Source: an uncultured virus (IMG/VR IMGVR_UViG_3300032087_003293)
Taxonomy: Duplodnaviria > Heunggongvirae > Uroviricota > Caudoviricetes
Strand: one strand, 5' to 3'
DNA: 64,000 nucleotides
Virus record (IMG/VR): IMGVR_UViG_3300032087_003293
A program made the translations under genes and the position numbers. Positions 28,394 to 38,258 of the stretch are shown piece by piece; position 1 is the stretch's first letter, and every line of letters starts with the position of its first letter. The notes below the pieces were generated by a model. That model saw only the letters and a program-made list of their open reading frames with translations, made no database searches and had not been told where the DNA came from.

Positions 28394-28817
28394 GAACGAA
28401 AGACACGAGTTCTGCTTTAGGCATCATACTCGTGTTGGAAGAGTCTGTCAAGACTTTTATGACGGGTGGCAATACTTGTAATGCTGTTACGATTGTGGCA
28501 ATGACAGCAGTGGCACCAATAACAAATCTTCCATTCTTTTCAACCTTTTTCTCAAGGTTGCTCATTTTCTCTTCAATATTATTGAACATCCTATCGTCAT
28601 ACTTCTGATGGTCCTTAATCATCTGTATGATTGCCTGGTTTGCTTTATCACCTTCATCAAGCCTATTCTCATGACGTTCTAGGATAATAGCAGTTTTATT
28701 TGTATTCTCCTGAATAGAAGAAACAGCAGCCTCCAACTTGGCCAACATTTCTTTGGACAAGTCTTCGTAAATTCCTAATTTTGATTCAAGAACCTGAAGT
28801 TTTCCTAGACCTAGCAT
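28380..28817 (-). CDS. Coiled-coil protein with C-terminal membrane segment
   Basis: Heptad pattern and FVIGATAVIATIVTAL. Confidence 0.7.
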   Translation of the reverse strand: MLGLGKLQVLESKLGIYEDLSKEMLAKLEAAVSSIQENTNKTAIILERHENRLDEGDKANQAIIQMIKDHQKYDDRMFNNIEEKMSNLEKKVEKNGRFVIGATAVIATIVTALQVLPPVIKVLTDSSNTSMMPKAELVSFVHGSN

Positions 28818-29043
28818 TGCTCTTTTCTAATGATTTTACCCACTTCTTATAAGTCTTTGGGACTTTTCTATAATCAGTTTTTCCACGTCTCTGAAATTTT
28901 ATCAGAGGATCGTATCCTGCGGTTGGTCCTTCTGCAGGAGAGGAACCAGTAAAACCACCAGCACCGACTGCCATCATTTCTCTAATAAGTTTTATGAGTC
29001 GGTCTGCTTTATCCATTTTCGTTATAAAGAATTTGTAACTCAC
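28786..29043 (-). CDS. Hypothetical protein
   Basis: LIREMM..GAGGFTG...AGYDP; start probably MDKAD. Confidence 0.6.
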   Translation of the reverse strand: MSYKFFITKMDKADRLIKLIREMMAVGAGGFTGSSPAEGPTAGYDPLIKFQRRGKTDYRKVPKTYKKWVKSLEKSNARSRKTSGS

Positions 29044-29395
29044 TTAATGCATTAGAATCAATCTTAATCTCATGTATTTGACCTTTTGGATATTCTGGCA
29101 AACGATTCAAAAACATAATGAATGTTTTAGTCGTTGACCACAAATCCTCTTCAAGTTTATAAAAAAGCATTGGTGTAGTCGCATCATCAAAAATATTATA
29201 TAAGATAATAAAATGATTCAAAAGCAAATGTACTTTCAATTCACCAGTATTCCTATACTTACGCAATAACCTTTTTATATACTTGAAGTGGTTCAAGTCA
29301 CGATGAAAATCATCCTTTGTAATAGCCTGAGGATTCTCATAATTTTTTATAGCAAATAATAAAAAATTTTCCTCATTCAACTCATCAAACAACAT
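29009..29395 (-). CDS. Conserved T4-like phage hypothetical protein
   Basis: FAIKNYENP...FKYIKRLL...LLLNHFIILYNIF. Confidence 0.75.
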   Translation of the reverse strand: MLFDELNEENFLLFAIKNYENPQAITKDDFHRDLNHFKYIKRLLRKYRNTGELKVHLLLNHFIILYNIFDDATTPMLFYKLEEDLWSTTKTFIMFLNRLPEYPKGQIHEIKIDSNALSELQILYNENG

Positions 29396-29406
29396 ATCTA
29401 ACTAGA

Positions 29407-30231
29407 TCAGCTTAGTGGATCTGCATCATAAATTGGGGTGTTACCTGTGGTGATTCCAGACATTGCAACTAGAATTTCTTTCTTAACTCTTAGATTGTTA
29501 TGTGCATCAAGATATGTGGTAACACCAACCCAACCTACACCTGCTTCATACTGAGTTCCTGCTGCTGCCTGAATTCCTTGCTTAGCAGCACCATAAACAT
29601 AGGTATCATAAGCACCTCTAACACCAGTAAAGGTAATCTTATCTCCAGTATTAACTCCCACATTCATGGTAGTAGTTAATGTAACAGTGCTTGCAGAATC
29701 GTTTTCAGTAGAAGCAACCAAAGAACTAATTACAAATTCTGTAGTTGATGATGCATAAGAAACGGTATCAGAATCTGTTCTGATTGGATATGCAATTGCA
29801 GTTAGATCTTCAGTTAGATAAATTGTTGCAAATCCAACTGGAGAATCTGTGCTTGCAGTTCCTGTTGCAACTACCTGGGATGATCCGTCATATTTGTCAT
29901 CATTATACTCAGAAAAATGACTGTCTAGAACACTAGATCCAGGAAGTTGTGAAATTTGAAAATCTGTTCCTGCGATTGCAGCACCACTGAGACCAGCAGT
30001 AGAAGCAATGGTTATTGATTCACTGCTTGCAATGCTTGCGATTACAGCATCACCAAAATAAACTGCATCAGGATTTGTTTCATCCTTGATACCAAATCTA
30101 ATTACATCTCCTACTTGTGCAGAACCTGTTAGACCAAAAGCAGTGGTGTGTCCTTCAACGACACGAGTGCTATAGTTTACGGTTACAATACCAGCAGATG
30201 TTACATTGTCACTATTACCCCAAAGTGCCAT
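29407..30231 (-). CDS. Probable virion structural protein
   Basis: MALWG start; GWV...RVKKEILVAM C-terminus; Thr/Ser/Ala-rich; TATAAATA at 30265-30272. Confidence 0.65.
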   Translation of the reverse strand: MALWGNSDNVTSAGIVTVNYSTRVVEGHTTAFGLTGSAQVGDVIRFGIKDETNPDAVYFGDAVIASIASSESITIASTAGLSGAAIAGTDFQISQLPGSSVLDSHFSEYNDDKYDGSSQVVATGTASTDSPVGFATIYLTEDLTAIAYPIRTDSDTVSYASSTTEFVISSLVASTENDSASTVTLTTTMNVGVNTGDKITFTGVRGAYDTYVYGAAKQGIQAAAGTQYEAGVGWVGVTTYLDAHNNLRVKKEILVAMSGITTGNTPIYDADPLS

Positions 30232-30324
30232 GTGTCTTTTCCTTTGAATACATTTGCTATTAGATATTTATAAAAAAAGGAGACCACAAAATGATCTCCT
30301 AATCATTTATTTTTTTATTTATAA

Positions 30325-30549
30325 TCACTCAGCAGGTGCTTCTTCTCTTGCGAGAATTGCCTTTTCAACTACAGCAAGTAGTTGATCATCCATATCAGTT
30401 TTAGTTAGAGTAACTGCTTTTTTAAGAATTACTAAACAAACTTCAACTAGTTTCTCACCTAATTCCTCATTATCAGGAATGTTGGCAACTGCGTCTCTAA
30501 TGATCTTTGATGCGAGTGGTAGTAGGAATGCGAGCATGATAAACCTCAA
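30325..30549 (-). CDS. Hypothetical protein
   Basis: ~70 aa, TKTDMDDQL. Confidence 0.7.
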   Translation of the reverse strand: MRFIMLAFLLPLASKIIRDAVANIPDNEELGEKLVEVCLVILKKAVTLTKTDMDDQLLAVVEKAILAREEAPAE

Positions 30550-30568
30550 TTAGGGTATATTCTATATA

Positions 30569-30964
30569 TCAATTATCTGGTGTAAAAACACCTTTATTGA
30601 ATGTTCCCCACTTTCCTTTGTGAGTTCCACGGATACCTTTACCCTTACTTCTTACTCGTTCAACGTCTTGAGTAAACTCTCTCCATTTTTTACCATGTTT
30701 CATGCGAAGATCTTGTTCACGATTTCTTCGGTCAGTATCAGCAAGACGACGCATTTGTTTGCGATCAGTTAGATCAATTTTTTCCTCAACCTTTTTCTTT
30801 TCAGGAAGACCTTTATGTTTAGTTGATGCAAAATCTTTAGAATCTTTTTTCTTCATAGATGCTGCTGCTTTAGCAACTTCTGGGGAAGGTGCTTCCATCT
30901 CCCCCTTCTTTACGGCATGGACCATTCCCATAAACCGTTGTTGTGCTTTAGATACTGCTGGCAT
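30569..30964 (-). CDS. Basic protein with DUF3008-like N-terminus
   Basis: MPAVSKAQQRFMGM...FASTKHKGLPEK. Confidence 0.7.
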   Translation of the reverse strand: MPAVSKAQQRFMGMVHAVKKGEMEAPSPEVAKAAASMKKKDSKDFASTKHKGLPEKKKVEEKIDLTDRKQMRRLADTDRRNREQDLRMKHGKKWREFTQDVERVRSKGKGIRGTHKGKWGTFNKGVFTPDN

Positions 30965-30966
30965 AA

Positions 30967-33126
30967 TCAGTCTCCTTGATAACGACCTTGACCATAACCA
31001 TATGGATCTGGTTTTGGTGCTCTCTTCTTAGCAAGTTGTCCTTTAATTTTATCAACAGGAGTTACACCCTGATAACCTTTTTTGCCAGGAGTTTTCTTCT
31101 GTCCCTGAGGTTGAATTGGCTTCTTTCTAGAAGACATCATACCACCAGTGTCTCTGAATTTTTTCTGAAGATGCTTCATTGCTGCAGGTGGTTCTTCTCC
31201 ACCTTTCACTGAAGGTTTACCAGTAGTGTAATCCTTACCAGTTTCCTTAGCATAACGTGTTCTTTCATCAAGTTCTGCAGATTCCATAGCAGTTCCTCCA
31301 GGCAATTGCCCAGACTTTTTCTTCCTCAGAATTTCTTGCTGCAATCTTAGAAGAATTTGCTTCTTCTTTTCATTTTGCAACCTAACTTTATCTTCTTGAG
31401 ACTGTGCTGCTTCATCAACATTTTTCTTCAAGTTTGCTTTACGGTACTCAAGATCAGCACGGGTGCCACGATCCATTTTACCCTGAGACTTTGGTTTGGT
31501 CTTACCACCTACATCAGGTTGCATACCAGGGTTTGCTGCCTTGACTCTACGACCGTGAGTGTATTCAGCACCTGATTGCTTGGAGTCACCAGAGACCATC
31601 TTTCCACCAGGGGAACGTGAGTCAGCATACTCTTTGTCAGACTGACCGTGCTTACCCTTATAGACTTCATCAATACCCTCTTCACCAATCATCTTATATC
31701 TCTTATCACCAGCAGCTAATCTTTGAGCAGCAGGTGTATTTGCTTTAACATCTGCTTTTGAGACTTGATATCTAGTATCTTTAGTTGGTTCTGAAGAACC
31801 ACCATATCTTGCCTTTGGAGGTCCTAGTGGTCTCTTCTTCTTACCAAAGAGTCCCTCTTCAAGTTCTAATTCTTCAGCACTAATAAGATCAACGGTCTCA
31901 ATTTCTAATGCTTTGAAATCGTCTCTCCAATTAGAAAATTCATACTCTTCCTTTTTCACTCTATTCTTTGCCTTTAGAGACTCAATGTCTTTCTTTGCTT
32001 TTTCAGCACCTGCTTTGAGTGCTGCAATACCTGCTTTCTTAACTGCTTGCCCTGCCTTGGTTTGACCAACACGACGACCTGCCTCATGAGTTACTGCTGC
32101 TGCCTTAGCAATAGTTTTACCAGTTTCTTTTGCAGCACCCATTGCCTTTTTGTGACGTTCCATACCTGCTTTGTATGCTTTCACAGCACCAAATACACCT
32201 CTTGCAATAGCATCTCTAACTGGCTTCTTCTTAGGTTGCTCTTTCTTAGCAGTTTCAACTGCCTTTGCTGCTGCAGGTCTTCTCTTAAATGCACCAGAAG
32301 GTGATGCTGCTTTTATAGTTCTACCACCTTTAGCAATAGTTGCCTTTGTAGTTTTTGCTGGAGCAGTTCCCTTAGGAAGTCTCTTAGGATTCTTCTTCTT
32401 TCCAGTTAATGTTCTTGCTTCAGAAAGAGTTTCATAACCAACTTCATATACTAGATCAACAAACTCTTCAAGACCCAGTTCTTCAATTACCATTTCAAGA
32501 CCATCTTCGTTGATACCTTCCTCAACAAAGAAATCTACTGCTGAATTTAGTGTTTCAAGTTCATGATCTTCAGATAGTTCTACCATCTCAACGATAGTAA
32601 CTTCTTCAGAAATCTTAGGATTAATCTTAATAGTATTCTTTACGTTCTTTTCTTTTACTTGCTTTTTCTCTTCATCATCACTATCAATAACTTCAATAAG
32701 ATCTTGTCTCCAATTAGAGAATGATTCTTTTGCAGTTCTAACTTTAGTTGTTGAATATAGTCTTTTATTTCCTACACCAGGAATAAATTCTCCAAGTTCT
32801 CCTTTTGCCTTATCGTTTTTATCTGTATCACCATCCACATCAGTATCAATTCTCTTAACTGCTTTCTTTACAAGACCCTTTATATTTGCAGAAGGAACTT
32901 CGTGTGGAGAATGCATCTGCTTTGCAGTAGCGTGCTTTGCTTCCTTTACAGCAACATCTTCACCTGGTTCATACCATTTTCCGTCACCATCAGAATCCTG
33001 CCAACGTTTACCTGCTTTGGCAGCTTTAATATGTTTTTCTTTTTTAGAAGACTTTTTTGCTTCAACAACGTTTGCTACCTTCTCAAGATATACTTGAGAG
33101 ATATCGTTAAGAGGATTCATTGACAT
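30967..33126 (-). CDS. Large modular Lys-rich/acidic protein, probable head-internal protein
   Basis: Alternating basic and acidic blocks; repeated FSNWRxD; TATAAATA at 33161-33168. Confidence 0.7.
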   Translation of the reverse strand: MSMNPLNDISQVYLEKVANVVEAKKSSKKEKHIKAAKAGKRWQDSDGDGKWYEPGEDVAVKEAKHATAKQMHSPHEVPSANIKGLVKKAVKRIDTDVDGDTDKNDKAKGELGEFIPGVGNKRLYSTTKVRTAKESFSNWRQDLIEVIDSDDEEKKQVKEKNVKNTIKINPKISEEVTIVEMVELSEDHELETLNSAVDFFVEEGINEDGLEMVIEELGLEEFVDLVYEVGYETLSEARTLTGKKKNPKRLPKGTAPAKTTKATIAKGGRTIKAASPSGAFKRRPAAAKAVETAKKEQPKKKPVRDAIARGVFGAVKAYKAGMERHKKAMGAAKETGKTIAKAAAVTHEAGRRVGQTKAGQAVKKAGIAALKAGAEKAKKDIESLKAKNRVKKEEYEFSNWRDDFKALEIETVDLISAEELELEEGLFGKKKRPLGPPKARYGGSSEPTKDTRYQVSKADVKANTPAAQRLAAGDKRYKMIGEEGIDEVYKGKHGQSDKEYADSRSPGGKMVSGDSKQSGAEYTHGRRVKAANPGMQPDVGGKTKPKSQGKMDRGTRADLEYRKANLKKNVDEAAQSQEDKVRLQNEKKKQILLRLQQEILRKKKSGQLPGGTAMESAELDERTRYAKETGKDYTTGKPSVKGGEEPPAAMKHLQKKFRDTGGMMSSRKKPIQPQGQKKTPGKKGYQGVTPVDKIKGQLAKKRAPKPDPYGYGQGRYQGD

Positions 33127-33140
33127 GAGTATAAGTGTTT

Positions 33141-34358
33141 TTACTTTTTAGCCTTATACTTATTTATAAAATTCTTGATATCCTGCAATCCAGTCATTCT
33201 CATTGCATATTTACGATGAGCATCAGTTCCTACTTCTCTCTGATCTGCAGGGACACCAGAAGGACCAGGATAATTTACAACTGCTTCCATTACATCTTTA
33301 ATCCAAGATTTGAACATATAGTTCTCTTTGGTAACACAGATGAGATGATTAGTTCCTCTACGAATAATCTCACCAACCAATCCAGTGTTTAGATTTTCTA
33401 CAATGTCACCTAGATTGAAAATGTTTCCAGAAACATAATTTTCACGAAGTCCTTTATGATCATACTTTGGAGCAACTTCCCACATTTCTGCAGTAACTTT
33501 TTTCTTCTTAACTTTCATTCCTTGACGGACTGCATCAAAGAGTGATTGAGCATCACCATCATCAAGAGTCTTAGGAGTACCACGACGGAATGACTCAAAG
33601 TCATCATCCATAACTGCCTTACGCATCTTGGATGCAGACATTCCTTCTACACCTTCTGCATCAGCATCACGGACACCAGCAGAAATAACACGAATCAAAT
33701 CAAACTCATAGAGTTGACCATTATACTTTTGTGCCAGATTCTCAAACTCTGCTTGACGATCAGATCCAACAACAATATTGACTGAGGTATATCCTTCTTC
33801 ATTTGCTGCAATGAGAACATCAAAAATGTTTCTCATGTCAGGATCATTAATAATATTCTCCTCATAATCAGGGAACATCTTCTTCATGAAAGAAACTTTT
33901 AGATCAACATCAAGTGGATTCTTTTTAGCATCCTGAGTTCTTGATGGATATACTTTATAATCTTCACCTGCAGATGCTTTCTTAGCTGCACTTAGAAGTT
34001 TTTCATGTCCAACAGTTGGTGGATTAAAACGACCAAACACAACAGTTAGAGTTTCTGTCTGAGTTTCTTTGCCTTCTTCAGGTGGTGCTTGCTTACCCTT
34101 AGGTGCTTCTACTTCTTTTTGCTTCTTCTTAGTTTCGTCTTGCTTCTGTGCAGTTTGATTAGTATCCTGGTTGGGATCTCTCTCACCAACCTTTTGGTTC
34201 TTACTATAAAACTTTAACTTTCCACCTTCCGTCTTTGCTACAAATTCACCACGGGAGTCATACCACCCTCCGTGACCATCACTCTTTAGATTCAGTTTCT
34301 TTGCCTGCAGTGCTGCGGCAGATTCTGCTTCTTTCAGGAACTGGAAAAAACTTTTCAT
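33141..34358 (-). CDS. Cytidylyltransferase-like (HxGH) nucleotidyltransferase
   Basis: FGRFNPPTVGHEKL, VVGSDR, GMSASKMR; TATAAATA at 34394-34401. Confidence 0.88.
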   Translation of the reverse strand: MKSFFQFLKEAESAAALQAKKLNLKSDGHGGWYDSRGEFVAKTEGGKLKFYSKNQKVGERDPNQDTNQTAQKQDETKKKQKEVEAPKGKQAPPEEGKETQTETLTVVFGRFNPPTVGHEKLLSAAKKASAGEDYKVYPSRTQDAKKNPLDVDLKVSFMKKMFPDYEENIINDPDMRNIFDVLIAANEEGYTSVNIVVGSDRQAEFENLAQKYNGQLYEFDLIRVISAGVRDADAEGVEGMSASKMRKAVMDDDFESFRRGTPKTLDDGDAQSLFDAVRQGMKVKKKKVTAEMWEVAPKYDHKGLRENYVSGNIFNLGDIVENLNTGLVGEIIRRGTNHLICVTKENYMFKSWIKDVMEAVVNYPGPSGVPADQREVGTDAHRKYAMRMTGLQDIKNFINKYKAKK

Positions 34359-34403
34359 TATTATAGGGATTTGCTGACGAAATGTCTTCCTATTATTTAT
34401 AAA

Positions 34404-34476
34404 TGGAGAATAGGAGAGTCGAACTCCTGACCTACTGCGTGCAAAGCAGTTGCTCTACCATCTGAGCTAATTCCCC
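34404..34476 (-). tRNA. tRNA-Ala(TGC)
   Basis: GGGGAAT/ATTCTCC acceptor with G3.U70; ACTGC-TTTGCAC-GCAGT arm. Confidence 0.96.
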
Positions 34477-34486
34477 AACTCAAGAT

Positions 34487-34515
34487 ATTATAAGACCCTC
34501 AAGACGATCTGTCAA
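34487..34515 (-). promoter_or_regulatory. Consensus sigma70 promoter for tRNA-Ala
   Basis: TTGACA-17 nt-TATAAT inside an AAGACCCTC/GAGGGTCTT inverted repeat. Confidence 0.85.
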
Positions 34516-34531
34516 GAGGGTCTTGGTAGTA

Positions 34532-35551
34532 TCAGTTATAGAGACTTGTGATTGTCTCAATATCCTCACGATCAAGTTCGTTGATCATGATGGTCTTTGC
34601 TTCTTCTAGAGATTCAGCAATTCCCTCTGCTTGAAGGAACTCAAGAACTAGATCATACTGATCATACTCTTCACTCATTCTCTTAGCAACTTTAGTAGCA
34701 CCAGATGCAACTTTCTCTGCTGCTTTTCTAATGAGACCTTTAACTCCACTCTTTGCTTTTGCCTTAGCCTCACCTGCTGCTCTACCAGCACGTGCTGCCA
34801 TGTTTTTAGCACTTTGCTTTGCTCTTCCTGCAACATCACCTGCTGCTTGCTTAGCGGCACGACCAGCAGCATATCCAGAGACTGCAGCAGATGCTGCCTT
34901 TTGAGTTGCTTTACCCTTAACTTCCTTTGCCTTAGATTTTGCCTTAGCACTTGCTCTGGAAGCAATGTCCTTAGCAACAGTTGCTCTTAAACCTCTTCTC
35001 TTTGCAGGATCTTTAGATCTTGCTGCCATTCCAGGTGCTTTATGAAGTCCTCTCTTATTTGCATATGCAGCAACTTTCTTATCTACTGCTTGGAACTTTG
35101 CTTCTCTTCCTGCTTCTTTTGCTTTAGCAACACCTGCTTTTGCGGCAGTTTTTGCCTTTGCAACACCAGACTTAACAGCACTCTTTACTCTAGCAACTCT
35201 CTCTGCTCTCTTTTCCTTAGAGACTACTGCTGCACCTGCTTTTCTTGCTGCCTTAGCAGACTTTTCAGATGCTGCTGCTTGCTCTCTACGTCTTGCTGCA
35301 CGAGCTGCCATGTCAACTCTTGCTTCGGAAAGAATTTCCCCGATGAGTTCTTCCTTAAGAATATCCTCAACATCATCGAAGTCATAACCTTCTTCTAGAA
35401 GATCAACAATAACTTCTTCAACAACATCGGTTAGATCTTCGTCAGTTAGTTCATCAACGAACTCATACTGCTCAATAAGATCTTCATTTAAATCTTGGTC
35501 ATATACTGCAGCATAAGATTCTGCAAGAGTTCTGTAGAGTTTGCTGTCCAT
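34532..35551 (-). CDS. Ala/Lys-rich protein flanked by acidic domains, probable head-internal protein
   Basis: Acidic N-terminus to ILSE-AR, histone-H1-like core, acidic tail from MSEE; AATAAATA upstream. Confidence 0.7.
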   Translation of the reverse strand: MDSKLYRTLAESYAAVYDQDLNEDLIEQYEFVDELTDEDLTDVVEEVIVDLLEEGYDFDDVEDILKEELIGEILSEARVDMAARAARRREQAAASEKSAKAARKAGAAVVSKEKRAERVARVKSAVKSGVAKAKTAAKAGVAKAKEAGREAKFQAVDKKVAAYANKRGLHKAPGMAARSKDPAKRRGLRATVAKDIASRASAKAKSKAKEVKGKATQKAASAAVSGYAAGRAAKQAAGDVAGRAKQSAKNMAARAGRAAGEAKAKAKSGVKGLIRKAAEKVASGATKVAKRMSEEYDQYDLVLEFLQAEGIAESLEEAKTIMINELDREDIETITSLYN

Positions 35552-35579
35552 CTTTATAGAAACACTTTTCTTTTATTTA

Positions 35580-35858
35580 TTAAAGTTTACCTCCCACAAC
35601 ACCAGAATTAACAACCCTAGTGTATAAGTGAAGTGTTCCTTCTTGTTCACACTGAAGATGCCAACGAGTCATATGAACTACACCATCATAAGTACCACCA
35701 GTGAGCATCTTACGACCCTCTTTGGTCATAGTCGAGTATAGTCCAAACCTAGTTTTCCAAACATAAAATACATCATCGATAAGTTCAGCATTTTCTGGAA
35801 CAATAACAACTTCGTTAATAGTATCAGTTTGAGTCATCAGTTTTTTTGTTAAATCCAA
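35580..35858 (-). CDS. Hypothetical protein
   Basis: IDDVFYVWKTRFGLY...VVGGKL; start probably MTQTD. Confidence 0.65.
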   Translation of the reverse strand: MDLTKKLMTQTDTINEVVIVPENAELIDDVFYVWKTRFGLYSTMTKEGRKMLTGGTYDGVVHMTRWHLQCEQEGTLHLYTRVVNSGVVGGKL

Positions 35859-36033
35859 ATGGAGAAAGTTTTTCTTCTAGTGCAAGTTTTAAAGCAAGAC
35901 CACCGATTGCCTCCATAACTTTCAAGACTTGTTCTGGTTTGGCATCCTCACCAAGTTCTTTGGCAATGTACCAATACTTGGGCCAGAACTCTTCACCTGC
36001 TTTCTGATAATCTTCTAGTGTAAGTTTTTTCAT
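35824..36033 (-). CDS. Hypothetical protein
   Basis: 69 aa, coupled. Confidence 0.7.
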   Translation of the reverse strand: MKKLTLEDYQKAGEEFWPKYWYIAKELGEDAKPEQVLKVMEAIGGLALKLALEEKLSPFGFNKKTDDSN

Positions 36034-36173
36034 TTACCTACTCCATAATCAGGTGCTTTCTTTTCCAAATCACGAATAGTCTTATGCAGTTCTTCTACTG
36101 CTTTACGGGTTTCTTCAGTCTCTTCCCAAACAAAGGTGTCTCCAGACTTAGTAGTAAATTCACGTTTGGTCAT
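36030..36173 (-). CDS. Hypothetical 47-aa protein (absent from ORF track)
   Basis: MTKREFTTKSGDTFVWEETEETRK...; ATGA overlaps at both ends; AGGAGG upstream. Confidence 0.65.
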   Translation of the reverse strand: MTKREFTTKSGDTFVWEETEETRKAVEELHKTIRDLEKKAPDYGVGK

Positions 36174-36637
36174 AGGTCTCCCTCCTTACGGTTTTCAGAA
36201 TAGTGGACATCAAACTCTCCACCAGGATAACGTGCAACCAGTTTCTCAACATTCATCTCCATGACTTCATCAAGAGAAATATCAAGACCAATACATGCTT
36301 GAGCAACATACCACATGATGTCGCCCAGTTCACGTTTTAGATGGAAAAGGTTTTCTTCATTAACAGGTTTGCCTTGGAAAATAATCTTTTTGATAATCTC
36401 AGTAAACTCACCTGCTTCTGCAGACATTCCTACAGCAGCAGTAAGCAGTCGCTCGGTAGGAAAGTCGTCACGATCTTGGAGGATCGCAATCCTTTGTGCG
36501 AAATCGTAATAGTTTTTACTTTCATTTGACGTGACGGCATCGACAAACTCCAAGTATTTTTGAGTATCTACTTTATCTTGTGACATAGTAAATTTAGTTC
36601 CTTCTGGTGTTTCTTCCTTACTAATAGAAATAGTCAT
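36170..36637 (-). CDS. mazG: MazG nucleoside triphosphate pyrophosphohydrolase
   Basis: AEAGEFTEIIKK, KRELGDIMWYV, NVEKLVARYP. Confidence 0.93.
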   Translation of the reverse strand: MTISISKEETPEGTKFTMSQDKVDTQKYLEFVDAVTSNESKNYYDFAQRIAILQDRDDFPTERLLTAAVGMSAEAGEFTEIIKKIIFQGKPVNEENLFHLKRELGDIMWYVAQACIGLDISLDEVMEMNVEKLVARYPGGEFDVHYSENRKEGDL

Positions 36638-36882
36638 AAATCTAGTGGTTCTTGTTGTGTGTTTGGTAGTTCTTGTTGAATGGGGATTTCTTGTCCCGCA
36701 ATTGTAATAGTTGGAAGTTGATTTTGTGGAAATGGTTCCAAATCAATCGTTTGATAGTCTGGTTTGAACTGATAATAATGACCATCCCATCTGACATTTC
36801 TCATGCCGACAAGATTAGTAGCATCTCTGAGAGATCCACAGTCGGCAATTTTTTCACCACGTGGGTTAAATACAGAATACAT
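36634..36882 (-). CDS. Hypothetical protein
   Basis: 82 aa, coupled. Confidence 0.65.
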   Translation of the reverse strand: MYSVFNPRGEKIADCGSLRDATNLVGMRNVRWDGHYYQFKPDYQTIDLEPFPQNQLPTITIAGQEIPIQQELPNTQQEPLDL

Positions 36883-38258
36883 CAGAACTTGAATCCCTCA
36901 AATGATTTTTTAACATTGTGTTCCTCATTATTATACTCCTCATCCTGCCCTGAGTCAAGAATATCATTCTGGGCAGACTGCTCACAATCGTAGAGACGCA
37001 TCTTGGCACGATCAATACCGACAACAAATCTCTTATTGACAGTGGGGTCGTTATAACGATTCTTCAATTGCTTCACCATAATTTGCCCTAGGTTTTCAAG
37101 TTCCTCAGAAGAGATGAGGGCAAACATAAGATCAGCAGTAGCAGGGAGACCAAAGGACTCACTAGTATCAGTAATGTCAACATCAGAGCTACCATAACCA
37201 GAACGAGTGGTCTGCGTGGCAGAAACGATAGGGACGTTTGCTTCAACAGCCAACCCTCTAAGTTCTTCTGCAATAGCCTTAATATAGCTGTATGAATTGA
37301 CAGAAAGATTACCGCGATATCGTGAGGAAGCACATATATTAAGGTAATCAATGAAAATAATATCAGGTCTAAATGACTTCTTAAGTGCAAGCTCATTAAG
37401 AAGTGCTCTAAAATGTCCACTGTGTGCAGATGCGGTTGGATATTCTTTAATTATAAGTGATCCTTGAGTTTTTTGCGATAAGTTTGTTACCTTATTCTCA
37501 AACATCATCTTAGGAAGATTAGTAATCTCTTGAATGGGAACGTTCAGGAGGTTCGCATCAATTCGTTCAGCAATTCTCTCTTCTGCCATCTCCATTGTAA
37601 TGTAGAGAACGTTCCTCCCTTGGAGCAAGACGGAGCTAGCCACATGGCACATGAATAGAGATTTTCCGACACCCGTACCAGCAAGAGCGATATTAAGAGT
37701 TTTGTTAGGGATCCCACCTTTCGTGATTTTGTTAAAGTATTCAAGATCAAATTCGATCTTTTCTTCCTTCCTATGGTAGAGTTCATATCTTTTTTCGTAA
37801 TCGTTTAAGTAATCGTGACCGACGTGATTGTCAAAACTGACAGCAAGAGCATCAGAAAGAATTGAAGGAATCGCATCACGATTTCTCTCCTCATCATTTC
37901 CATCAGCAATATAAATGGATTCCATGAGTGCTAGGTAAATAGCACGATCACGACACCACTTCTCAGTAGTATCAATTATCCATTCAAATTCACTAGAAAC
38001 ATCATCTAGATTTTGAATAATCTCAACAACTTCTTTGAATGAAGAGTCATTGATATCTTTTCTATTCTCTACTTCAATGCAAAGAATTTCTTTGGTGGCA
38101 AGTTTATTATACTCATCAATAAATTTAGAGATTTCTTCAAAGATAATTTTTTGAGATGTATCTTCAAAGTAATCTGGTTTAAGGAAAGGTATAACTTTCC
38201 TTGCATACTCTTCATTATATAAAAGGTTTCTAAGAATTAGAAACTCAACTTTCTCCAT
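36882..38258 (-). CDS. gp41: Replicative DNA helicase (T4 gp41)
   Basis: AGTGVGKS, ITMEMAE, FIDYLNIC, SESFGLPATAD, KQLKNRY. Confidence 0.97.
   Translation of the reverse strand: MEKVEFLILRNLLYNEEYARKVIPFLKPDYFEDTSQKIIFEEISKFIDEYNKLATKEILCIEVENRKDINDSSFKEVVEIIQNLDDVSSEFEWIIDTTEKWCRDRAIYLALMESIYIADGNDEERNRDAIPSILSDALAVSFDNHVGHDYLNDYEKRYELYHRKEEKIEFDLEYFNKITKGGIPNKTLNIALAGTGVGKSLFMCHVASSVLLQGRNVLYITMEMAEERIAERIDANLLNVPIQEITNLPKMMFENKVTNLSQKTQGSLIIKEYPTASAHSGHFRALLNELALKKSFRPDIIFIDYLNICASSRYRGNLSVNSYSYIKAIAEELRGLAVEANVPIVSATQTTRSGYGSSDVDITDTSESFGLPATADLMFALISSEELENLGQIMVKQLKNRYNDPTVNKRFVVGIDRAKMRLYDCEQSAQNDILDSGQDEEYNNEEHNVKKSFEGFKF

Noticed and set aside
33141..34476. Cytidylyltransferase as a CCA-adding enzyme for the adjacent tRNA-Ala
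   Set aside because: It has the HxGH Rossmann-like motif; CCA enzymes belong to the Pol-beta-like family
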